From Clostridia bacterium (GTDB taxonomy: Bacteria > Bacillota > Clostridia > Christensenellales > DTU072), in NCBI GenBank assembly GCA_017533005.1, contig JAFXIQ010000015.1, positions 713-64,712 on the forward strand: DNA of 64,000 bases, read 5' to 3'. Shown here in pieces: positions 9,094-21,000 of this stretch. Under the pieces are notes generated by a model. The model ran no database searches and was not told where the DNA came from. It saw nothing but the letters and a program-made list of their open reading frames with translations. Each line of letters starts with the position of its first letter. Position 1 is the first letter of the stretch. The translations under genes and the position numbers were made by a program.

Positions 9094-12000
9094 TTGACAG
9101 AAGAACAAATGAAGTTCTTGCAAGACAGTATCGTTCTTGATGAAAACGGTAACGAGCTATCCCCCAAAACCGTTGGTCAATACGATGTTGCTAAATTCTT
9201 CGCAGGCCACGACGCACACTTGTCAATCAAGATTGCTGCTACCGGTATTGAATGCGATTACGGCGATGGCACGAGAGAAGCTTTCTTGCTAATCAACCTA
9301 ACAATAGAAAATCTACTACAATTCCAACTCGAAATAGGCGATATCAACGTTTCTATTAACCCCTCGAAGACTGCATACGATAAGGTTGCTCAAGACGAAT
9401 CGTTCTATCACTTAGATCCTGAGTATATGGAAGAGCATAGCATTAGAATCGGTTTCTCCGGAGAAACTACGTTCAATGCAGAAGATACTAAGTTCGAGGG
9501 TACGGGAGATAAGGATAATACTGCAATCGATGTGTATTACCTACTAAATACACTCCTAACGGATATGGACGTTGGCTTCAGCGCACTTATCCAAAACTTC
9601 GATTACGACAAGAAGAAACTAGTTGTTTCTCTTGATTTAGTATTGCCTATCGCGCATATCCTACCTATATTTGCAGGTGGCGATATCCTAGATAGCATTA
9701 TGCCTGTTCTCGTTCACGGCAAGTTGAATCTCACGTTGAACGCTATTACCAGAACGAACGAAGAAGAAGTAGACAACATTATGAGCTTGTACTACGAGAA
9801 CGGCCACGCTTATATTGACGGTTCCGTTATCGGTGTTAACAAGTTAAGAATCGAGAACGCACTTCTTGCACTACTCGGACTATTTGATATAGATATTAGT
9901 GAACATTATCCTAATTTAGATGAAGACCAAGACGGTTTCTACGGAGATGACGACGATACCAACAATGGTAGCGAATCTAACGGCGACGCACCTAACAATG
10001 CTTCTGCGCCTAACTATGCTCCAGAGAACGATGAAGACGAACCCACCGGTGACGACCTTCTACCTTACTTCCACCTAATGATGGGTAACAGCACGGGCGT
10101 TATTGCTAACGTTATGGGTTCACTTGCTTTCGCTATGCTTTCAGCTGTTAAGTTGAACACAGAAGGCGCAGACCTAGGCAATCTAGTCAAAGAAACCGTT
10201 AACGAAGCGCTTTATCTACAATTAGGTATTGGCGCGCGCCTACCTACGATAAGCGACGTTTGGGATGATAAGAACGGCGACGGCGTTGTAGAAGAAGGTG
10301 AAGTAAGTGATGCCGACATATTCTCAATCGCAATTGGCGCTGCTAACTACGACGTAGGTATAGCATTCCGTTCGGTAAGATTCGGTTTGTCAGACCTTGA
10401 TATTAGACCGGAAGCTTTCGTTCCCGACGAATATGCTCACGCTCTTGACTTGCGTAGCATTTACTTGAACTTCACGTTGAATTTCGACGTAGACGGGGAC
10501 AACGGCGCATCGTTCAACCTTGATGAAACGGTAGACGGACTACTCGGATCACTAGCTGGTGACGGTGGTCTTATGGATACTATTTCAGGACTAGGTCTTG
10601 CTCCTGTTATCAAGCTACTATCAACGGTTAGCTCAAACTACGTTCTAGAATTCGTTGGCAATATCAACCTAACGGAATTCATAGACAACGGCTCTCTATT
10701 CAACACCAACGCAACGATTTACTTGCGTGATAGAAATAGCCCTCTATACGAAAAAGATGGAGACGGCAACTATATAACTGATGCTAACGGAAATAAAATC
10801 TTCAAAGAATATGAAGAAGTTATGTCCATCATTTACTATGACCAAGCTCTATATTTGAATGCAGAGTGCTTCAACATTCAAGCGGTTAGAATAGATAACG
10901 TTTACGACTTTGTGATGGAACTTATCGCAACGTATGCGCCTGCTACTCCAGAAGAAGGTGGAGAAGGCGAAACTCCTGCAAACGCAGCACCTGGATTTGC
11001 TGGCTACGAAGGATTCGACCCATTTGCAACGTTACGTAACGCTGCTGGCGCAGGCACCAAAGAAATAGCTTACATTAACTTGAAGCTTTGCCCACAAGGC
11101 CTTGTTGCTTCCGTTGGTCTTGCTGCAATATTCGGCGTTCTAACCTTAATCGGTGGCGAAGCTATGTACGATTACTATGGATACGTTCAACCTATGGGTG
11201 ACGTAACCGTAGATTTGACACTACTCGGCGACGACGAAATCTTCGGATTAGGTCTTAAGTTTGAAGACTACGCTTATGAAGAAGGCGAACGCGTAAATAT
11301 TGGTACCGAAGAAAATCCCAAATATCAAAAGAGTGGTAGAGATATAAGCATCGCATTCAGTATTAGTAACGAATTCGAGCTAGACTTCTCGTACTCACGT
11401 CCTGATATGATTATCCCCGCTCCGGAATATGCTTACGTTGGTGGAGAAAACGTTGAATACGTTGTACTAGACCGTACGCAACCTGTTATAGCAATAGAAA
11501 CCTCCTTGTTTATTGATATTCAAGCAGGTGAAATTACAATGTCTAACGGCACGGGTTACGATGGTATTGAGCTTAACAAAGAGCCTCTACAAACACTTCT
11601 AGGTGGACTTATTGATAAGTTTATCTTGAGCATACTTCTTGAAATCACAGGTGAAAACGCAGCTTGCTTCGAAGTTAACATAAGAGCAAACGTTAACGTC
11701 CGTAACATTAAGGGTATAGAAGCTCAAATAGCTGTATACAAAGTTGACGGCAACCGTGACGACAAGGATTATAAAGAAAGAACCATAATTATGGCCAACT
11801 TGCACGATAGTAACCTTTACGTTGACCTAACGAATTTGAACGGACCTAAGTTCTGTGTCATTGAAGTTATGGAAACACTACTAGGGGAAAAGGAATTCGA
11901 CGGCGAATTAGAAGACGGCGAAACCGAAGAAGGTGCGAACAATGCAGTTGGCGCTCCAAACAGCGCTAGCGGTAGTGGTAGCGGTTCAAATCTTGATATC

Positions 12001-15000
12001 AATATAGATTTAGGAAGAACGATGATTCTCGATAACATCGCAACGCACGGTCTCGCTTTATACGTTACCAAGACGGCTATCGACTCACTATTAGGTATGT
12101 TCAATATGGGAGAGCTAGAAATCTTCAGCGAATTCCTATTGAGAATTTACCTAGCTCCCAAACTAAATACTTTCGAATTCGGTATTGATATCGAAATCGG
12201 CGCAGATTCAACAACTATTGACGGACAATCTTACACAAGCAAGATTATCGACTTAGGCCTCGGTCTAGACGGTTTACGCGTAAACTTCGAAGCTTTCGAT
12301 GAAACCGAACTATTAAGACCGCAATCTTCCGACTACTTGACAGCTCACGATATCAACACTATTCGTGCAGACCTAAGACTACAACTACAAGTAGACGCAG
12401 AAAATGGTACTATTGAACTTCACGACCTATACGAAGGTATATTGAAAGAAAACGGCCTCATAGAAGGTATTATCGGTGACGGTAGCGTTGTTGACTCGCT
12501 ATTCTCTGACGATAGTCCTTTGACAACGGCTCTACCTCAGCTTCTAGCTCTAGGCGATTTAGGTGACACGTTAACCATTGATATTACGGCTGTACTCAAC
12601 ATCAGAGAAGGTATTGCCGGTATCTTCCGTTCGCTACAACTTCAAATTAGGATATATAATAATGATAAGAGATTAAACCTTGTTATCGACCTTTCAGACG
12701 ACCCAACGCAAGATGGATGGAGAAACATCTACCTTGACTTGTCTTCAGTAGGTCTAGGCAAAGTTTACATCTACGATATGGCGTATATCCTAGAATTCCT
12801 AGGCATCGACATTAACAGCCTACTTGGCAGTGGCGACGTTATTCCAGAAGAAGTTTCTCCCGAAGCAGAAGCATCGTTTAACGAGATGTTCCCCGCTCTA
12901 GGCGAACTACTTAATGCAGAAAACGATATCGACAAGTCTGTTGGTATAGTAAAAATCTTGCTCGGCGAAATGGACGGTTTCTTAATTACCGTAACGTTCG
13001 AGATGATTTGCGCTGTATTGACGCTCTTGAACATTGATATCGACTTGAACGAGCTAATTGGTACCGTTATTAGACCTAGCGCAAGCGTAGGTATGACACC
13101 GGATAGCGAATACGAAATCGGTATTCACCTTGACACTGGTGCAGAAACCAGAAAAGAATACTTGTACGATGAAAACGGAGATGCTATTTACGACCCGATT
13201 ACGGGCGAACATAAGACGCAAACCGTTCCTAACGAAGCAGGCATCGACGCAATTATAAGAATTTGTGGACAAGAAATCAAGGCTGACGTATTCAAAGAAA
13301 GCTTTAACCAATCACCAAACGGAATGGTAAGCTCAATTAAGCCCTTAATGAGTGACGAAAGCAAGGCTTCTTACACAAGATTTGACGAAATGGCTCTCAA
13401 TATCGAGCTTAACATTTCTGGACAAATCGATATGGTTGACGGTAAGTTCGTTCTAGGCGACGTTGTAGAAATGGTTCTCGGCGTTCTTAATATGACGGCA
13501 GAAGACCTAACGCTTGCACTCGTTACAACAGGTGGTGACGAGACGTTACTCGGCGAAATCGGTATTAAGCTAAGTCTAAACTTGAAACAACTATTGTCAA
13601 CGGATGAAGCTGAAATCGCAAAGTCTATTTGTGGACAAATTAGAATAGGTTATAAAGTTATAGATAACCTTACTGGCGAAGATTATCATTCACAAGATAT
13701 TATTCACGCATACATCGTAGATAACATTATCTATGCAGGTATCGAGTTATTCGACACCAACCTTGACATTAGACTTCCCGACATCAACCCAACAGGATTG
13801 ATTAGAGATATCTTTTACGACATCTTCGACGTAAGAGACGTTGAAGACGACACGGTAACGGGTGACGGAAGCGCTGATGAAGAAGAAAGTGGCGCAAGCG
13901 CTCCACAAAATATGTATAACCCCATCACCGATATGCTAGAAGACCACAAGGATAAAGTTGGTGAAAAACTTGAACCAATGATATTCCTTAACTCTTCGGG
14001 CTTCGCAATCATGGTTACTAACAAATTGCTAGTTGCTTTGACTGACGCAGTTCTCAATATCCTAGGTGGTGTTATCGGCACGCAAGACGGCGAAGAACTT
14101 CTTCTTGACAAGGAAGTAGTTGAACAATTCCTAGACGAAATTATGTCTAGCGCAAACCTCGGTTTGTTCTTCGACAAAGAGAAAGACGGCAACTTCAGCT
14201 TGAAGTTGAACCTATCGAAAGACTCTGGCGTTATTAACATCGGTGGCGAAGGCGCTAACGACGGTAAATATCAAGCTTTAGGCTACAGCATTACGCTATC
14301 ACTTCTACACGACACAGTTGCAGTCATCAGCACGGATACTTTCGATGAATACTATAGGTATTTGACGGAAGACGATGAAATGATGAAGTATTATGGTACT
14401 TGCTTCGATGCACGTGACGTTGAATGGCGTATTAATGCAGGCTTAGATATTACGATTTCAACAGAATTTACAGAATACATTTTGAACTGGTCGTCACTGT
14501 TCGCTAACGAGTTAGACGAAAACGGTAACGCAATCGGTGCTGCATTCTATCTACAAGCTCTCGAAAACATGAAGGGCGACGTTACTATGCGCTTGAAGTT
14601 CGATATCAAGCTAACCGATATCGACAAATGGGGCATAAACGCTATGATTCAATTCATTAGTTTGAATAGCGACGGCACCGTTTCAGAAGAATTCTTCGCG
14701 CTATACATTCTAGGTAGCTTGAATGAAACAGAAGAAAATTACGCTAACGATGGACTAAAGATTTATCTAACGATGAGTGCACTACGCACCTTCAACGAAG
14801 ATAACGGCATCGACGGCGTAGACGGTATCCTTATTAATAGTGATACGTTCGTAAACTTCTTGAACTTGAACTTGCAAGGAATCCTAGACGGAGTAGGTGA
14901 ATACGTTCAAAACAACGTTGTTGACGGTATTCTAGAAACGCTATGGGGACTAATCGGTTCATTTGCAGGTGGAGATGATAGCGAAAATAACGACTCTGAA

Positions 15001-18000
15001 CAAGAAGTTCAATCTCCCGACAATGCACCCGAAGGCGAAGGCGCAGAGGGCGAAGGTACGGAAACTCCCGACGACCCCTATACACCTGAAGAGGAAGAAA
15101 CCGAAGAAGCAAGCGCTTGGTATTTGAACTTACTTGACAGTATCCAATTTAGTAAAGGTGCTATTTCTATCGTTGTTGCAAAGACGGCTCTAGAAACTAT
15201 CTTGCAAGAACTCTTCAACTTCCCGTTCGAAGAAGGTATCGGTGGATTAAAAGTCAACCTTAATAATACTGATAACTATATTGAATTAGAACTAGGTCTT
15301 GACAGACAAGAAGAAGTTGACTTGTCAGAAATGACATTCAAAGACCTTGAATATTCAATCGCAGAAAAGGCTGTTGTTAAGTCAATCCACAGCACTATCG
15401 AAAGCTACGAAAAATTAACGCTAGACGATAGCGCGCTAGCTAACCCATTCCTAACAGGCGTTATCACCAACAACACCGAATTAGGACAAGCACAAAAGGG
15501 TTACTTCGGCGAAAAAGAACTTTCAATCTTAGCAGGAACAGGAACGACTGATGTTTACTACCTACTATACGACGTAGACGAATACTTCGTAGCACAAGCA
15601 GACGACACTCTAGAAACAAAAGTCGGCAGAGCTAACACGATGCTCAGCGATATCACAAACTACATTCGAGCTAAACAACATGGTGGTGAATCGCTATTCA
15701 TTCTAGAAGGATCAAGCGGTAACTATTATTCAAGAAAACTAAAGACCAATATCGCAATGAAGGTCTTGACTGACGATACGGTAGGTGCAAAAGCTTACGT
15801 AATGGTTGCAGTTGCAATCAATAGCGAAGTAGAATCTGCTCCTATCAACGTTCAAAACGTCACTATTGAGAGCTTCGATGATAGAGAAGCTACCATCAAA
15901 AACGTAGAAGAAACTCTAGCAGCTATTAGATATCTTGATAGTCAATTTATCGTAGGACTAACGGCAAACGATAAGCCGATTGCTCCTAACAGCGCATTCC
16001 TAATTACACAAGATGGATACAACGATAAAGACTTCGCGCTAGAGAATTCTGCACAAAGAAATATTTACTATCTAGTATTCGACCCGACTGATTACTACGC
16101 AATCACCGGCGATAGCATCGAGGAAAAACTACTTTCTAGCCAAATGAACTCTATTGAACTTATCAACATCTTGGTTGAAAGCTTCAAAGGAAGAAGTTTC
16201 GAATGGACGGAAAGTCCTCGTGCTGGAAACGATATTATCGGCACACAAAACCTTGTTTATTCAGCTACGCACTTGTCTGTCGCAATCAGAAGCGTTCTAG
16301 ATACCGAAGCAGGTTACTACAAGGTTATCGTTGGTGTTGTTTCTAACGCAAGTATGTATAACGTCGCATTGAGAATCGGTAACATCGATATCGGTCTTGG
16401 TGGCGATAACATCTTCGCGAATACACCTATGGATGCAACAATCCACGGCGATAAATATCACGAATATCTCGATAATAACTTCAAACAACTTAACGAATTC
16501 AAGTGGGAATTCGGTGTAAACCTAGAATTCAAGATTGACGACACCGTTGGTGGCTTCTTCGATATGAGTAGCTTAATCACAACCGTTATGGGACTTATCG
16601 GTGGCGATGAAACAGAAGGCATACTTGCTGCTCTCGGTCAACTAAATCTAGCATTACAACCCGCTGAAGATATCGACATTGCAATCGGTATTCACTTGAG
16701 AGTATTCATTGACTTTGGCGACATCACTCCTTTGAGATTCCAACTCGCAATTACGCATAACCATCGTAACCTAATCCAATTAACGTACGAAGGTAGAATG
16801 ATTCAAAATGCTCAAGGCGAATTGGTAGAAAGAAGCGTTATTTACGCAGACCTTTCTGGTCTAGGCTTCCCCGCAATGAAGCTAGAAGGTCTACAAGTTG
16901 GCAAGCTCGTTAAAGACATACTTGCCGACATCAATGCAGACTCACTTTTAGGTGGAAGCACCGGCGGTGGCGAAAGCACGGAAGAAGGTGGCGACGCAGG
17001 TCAAGCTATCAACAACGGTGCTGTTAGCATTTACAATGCAGCAACCAAGTACATCGACAGAGTTGACCTTAAAGACTATGCTTGGGATAACAGACTTCTA
17101 CTTATGACAATGTCATACGACGAAGTAACCATCGCAGTTACGGGCGCTCTCGTTTACAGCTTGCTCGGCGGTATTGCTATTGACGGACAATTCAACGTCA
17201 TCAAGATTCCTATGTTCAGAAACTTAGTTCTAGGATATTCTGAAAAGGATAACATTTCTGGTCTAGAAATTCGCTTGACTGACGATACGCCTTACGAAGA
17301 AGCATTCAGAATAGGCTTCCACGTCCGTAAGGGTTACTATCTATTCGGTACAGACGTAGAATCTACGATTACTCCTTATACTGCAGATATTAAGGAGGAA
17401 GACTTCGAAGACATTTCCGTTATCGACAAGGTCGGTTTGACTCTCGGTATGGAACTACGTATTCGTACGAAAGACGGAGAAGAAAAGAGCCCGCAATTAG
17501 AAGCTATTGAAGCTCTAATCGAAAACCTTGTCAGCATGCCGGAAGGTAGCGTTGTTCTTGACCCACAAGACAGCGTAATGGTATTCGGTTTAGAGTTGTC
17601 ACTCTACACGAGTCTAAAAGACTTCTCAGAAACGACCTTAAGACTCGCACTAACGTTTGCAGAAGAAGATATTCTCGCAATCTACTACATGGGCGACGAA
17701 AATAGAGTATATGCCGACCTAACCGGACTAGGATTCTTCCAAACCACCTTGACAGGTGTAGACCTACTAGGTATCTTGACAGGTCTTGTAGGTGGACTGC
17801 TCGGAACGGAAGGCATTCAAGTTACCGAACTAATTAACGGTGTATTCGACATTATTGACGATACGGTAGACGAAGAGCTAGAAGAGGGTATCCAAAACGC
17901 CACTGACGCTCAAAATGCCGCTGTTGATTTGATAACTTCGACAAACGCTCCGCTAATCCGTATCTTGATGTCTAACGACGAGTTAATCATCAATCCTAGC

Positions 18001-21000
18001 ATCTCAGTAGTTCAACTACTACTAGGTGATTCGATGAAACTACCTAATATTTCTGATATTAGACTTTCAACGAACATCAGCTACGGTTTGAACAATTTGG
18101 CATTCCGTATCAAACTTGACCCATATGGAAACTACGTAAACGCAAACGTTTCTGAAAATATGTTCAAGATTGCTATCGGCAATAGCGCAGAAGAACTCAA
18201 ACTCAAGAAGGTTAAAGACCCAGGTAGTTACAGTGGTGTAGTTGGTATCACTCTCGGCTTAAACGACGAGGGCGGACTATACACAGGTTTCGATATCGGC
18301 ACGTTGGTATCTTCACTTGTTGACACTCTCAAGTTTGACGACTTCGCAATTTATCTAGAAAAACGTAACGACTACTACTTCATGCGTAACTTGAAGTACG
18401 GTGGAACGGGTACGCTCTCTCTAGCTAACTTTGCATTGTCGCCCAACCTATCCACAGGTCCCACCTACTTCTCAGACGGCACGTCGTCAATTTACGACAA
18501 GTCGTTTGACACGGCTGATTCTAAGGGCTTCACGCTAACCGACATTCTCGCATTGTTCGGTCGTGGTCCTATAGAAATCTTCGGACTAAACGTTACTGAT
18601 ATGATTGGTCTTGGTACAGGATATCAAGCAACGTACTTCAATAACGCGTACAGAAGAGTTCGTTTGTCGCTCAATAAGACGGCAGATAACGGCCTAGAAA
18701 TCAATATTAAACAATTAACGCAAGTTTCAGGTTCTTACTCCGACATGGTTGACCAAGAAGACTGGAAACCACAAGAAGTAACAGCCTTTACGAAAGAAAA
18801 CGTTCTACACATATCACTACAAACCATTCTTGTTATCGACCTAACCGGACTTATCGATACGATAGTTGAGTTTATCATCGACAAAGCTCTCGGTGCTGCA
18901 ATCGAAGCTATTATAACTGCGGCTTCGGGTGGTGCGCTTGGTGCATTCGCAGGTCCTATCAAGACGGCTATTACGAGCTTGTTGAACGCATTAGTTTCCG
19001 ATGCTATAGCTTCTGCTCTTGCAAACCTAATCGCAGATTCTACAGGTTACGGCAACCCGCTAGAAATTGGTAGAATTCTAGACGACGTTCTAGGTAAAGG
19101 CGCAGGCGGTATTCCGATTACCAGCTTGTACATGCCTACGCTTCTTGCTGGTCTAACCGGTGGTACGGCAGAATACGACGACCAATACGGTAGCTTGTAT
19201 GGAACGATTACAGGCCCTGGCCCTGATGGTAGAGAAGTTCCCGTTGCAGGCGCAACCGTAAGATTGAACGGTGACCTATATACGACAACGACTAACGCAG
19301 ACGGCTTCTACAGTTTCATCAACGTTCCTGTTGGCAATTACAGTATATCTATTATTGCAAGCAGTCTAGGATACAACGATAAGCCACAAATTGGCGAAGC
19401 AGGTATCAGTGCAACCGTTCGTTCATACTCGGGCTTCGGCGCAACGGAAGCTAACTTCATGTTGAACCTATATCAAACACCGTTCATCGGTGAAGACGTA
19501 AATATTTCCGGTAAATTCTCAACGCAAGTTGCCGGCAATAGCGTTTCGGGCGTAGACATTTACTTCCAAACCATCAATTCAGCTGGCGTAACGACTGGTT
19601 GGAACAAGATTGCTACTACGGACGCAAGTGGTAACTATACCGCTGTCGTAAGCAACGTTTACGCGAACTACCACGGATTGCAAGCAAGAAGAGGTGGATA
19701 CACCGTAGCTACTGCTAGCGTTACGATGAACCCGAATAGCAAGAACTACACTGTAAACCTAGTCGAAAAGGTACCTTCCGTTCCGACGAGTGGTAGCATC
19801 AGTGGTAGACTAGTAACTTACAACTTCCGTAAGATGCTAGAAGGTAAAGCTACAGAAGTTTATGCAAATTACGCATCTAATGGTGGAGAAGAATTCCCGA
19901 CGAACGCGTTGACGGCTATTAACAACGCGCTCAACCCCACCTTCTTCAATACATTGGTATCAAGAGGCGGTACGTTCACTGGCGTAACGGTTAAAGAAGG
20001 CGTTATTGCATTGACCTATGAGTTCGAAGACGATATGCCCGATTCAAAATACGAAAACGGCAATATCGATAAAGCTGTCAACTCATGGTTCATGCATCTC
20101 AATAGCAGTGGTTTCAGAATGGAATCACTATTGAGCAACACAAGCTACCATGGTGAAAGCGAAACGCATAAAGCTAACATCGACTTTAGAGCAATTCGTT
20201 CACAAAATACGATTATCGTTGCAATTAGTGCAGCAGACTTCATTGCTGTAACTTCAGGCGTTGAGTTGTGGATAGAAATCCAAAATTCAAACGGCACGGT
20301 AAGAACGATTAGAAACACCGACTCTTATGACGGTAAACAAGTAAGCCAAGTTAAGTACAGCGGCACGGCAGTTTACGTAGAAGGTGGAGGAAAGGCAGAA
20401 GACCCAATTTACACCAATTACTACGAAAACACGCCTAGAGATTATCTATCCGTAGGAAGAAAGGATAACAAGCAAACCGACTTCGAGGCTAAACAAGTCT
20501 TGAATTCCGACGGTAGATTCACTCTAGACGCTATGGCTTTCAACACGAACTACGTATTGAAAGTTCGTTCTGCGACTTACAACAATAGAGACCTAACGGA
20601 TAACGTTGTCCTATTGAACAGCAGTAACTTAAGAGCAGACCTAGGCGAAATAGTTCTAACCAAGCGTGCACCTCACTGGTCGGAAACCAAAGTTGCAGGT
20701 TCAATGCTACAAGGTTTGAGATTAAGACTAGGTGCTGACAAGCTAGACGAAAACAGCGAAGGCATCGCAGACGTATTGAACCCCGGTTATACCGCAGACG
20801 GTATTCCTATGACGATGTACTCATGGCTAGCAAGCATGACGGATGAAACCTTGAATGCTCTAGCAGGTTGGGGAACGGGAACCGTTCAAAACGTTGTAGG
20901 CGCTGTTATCGATACTTTCGTAAGCAACTCTATCCTTAACGCAATACTAGGTGCAGGCGTAAACGCAGGTATCGGCGCACTAGGTGGACTAATTCCTTCT

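Larger units (their letters stand above)
3400..18850 (+). repeat. array of about 15 degenerate protein modules (about 330 aa, about 1-kb period) spanning both giant ORFs
   Basis: An x-Y-[LVAI]-[DNH/G]-L/I motif occurs at about 3678, 4720, 5668, 6688, 7540, 8689, 9808, 10848, 11815, 12727, 13726, 14758, 16840 and 17707. Most are followed by an acidic linker and then a G-h-x-h-x-h-[ST]-x-x-h-h-x-x-L-h-G element, such as GISVSLTKSFLIGLIGAL, GLALYVTKTAIDSLLGMF and GAISIVVAKTALETILQELF. Confidence 0.6.

Noticed and set aside
9049-9100. Selenocysteine insertion at TGA 9049
   Set aside because: I see no stable SECIS-like hairpin in the roughly 40 nt after the TGA, only the 6-nt palindrome CCTAGG. 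There are no sel genes in the window and no redox-type sequence context.
9094-9122. Internal promoter for the second giant ORF (TTGACA at 9094-9099)
   Set aside because: The hexamer 17 nt downstream (CTTGCA at 9117-9122) is not a -10 box. The TTGACA is most simply a chance match within coding sequence.
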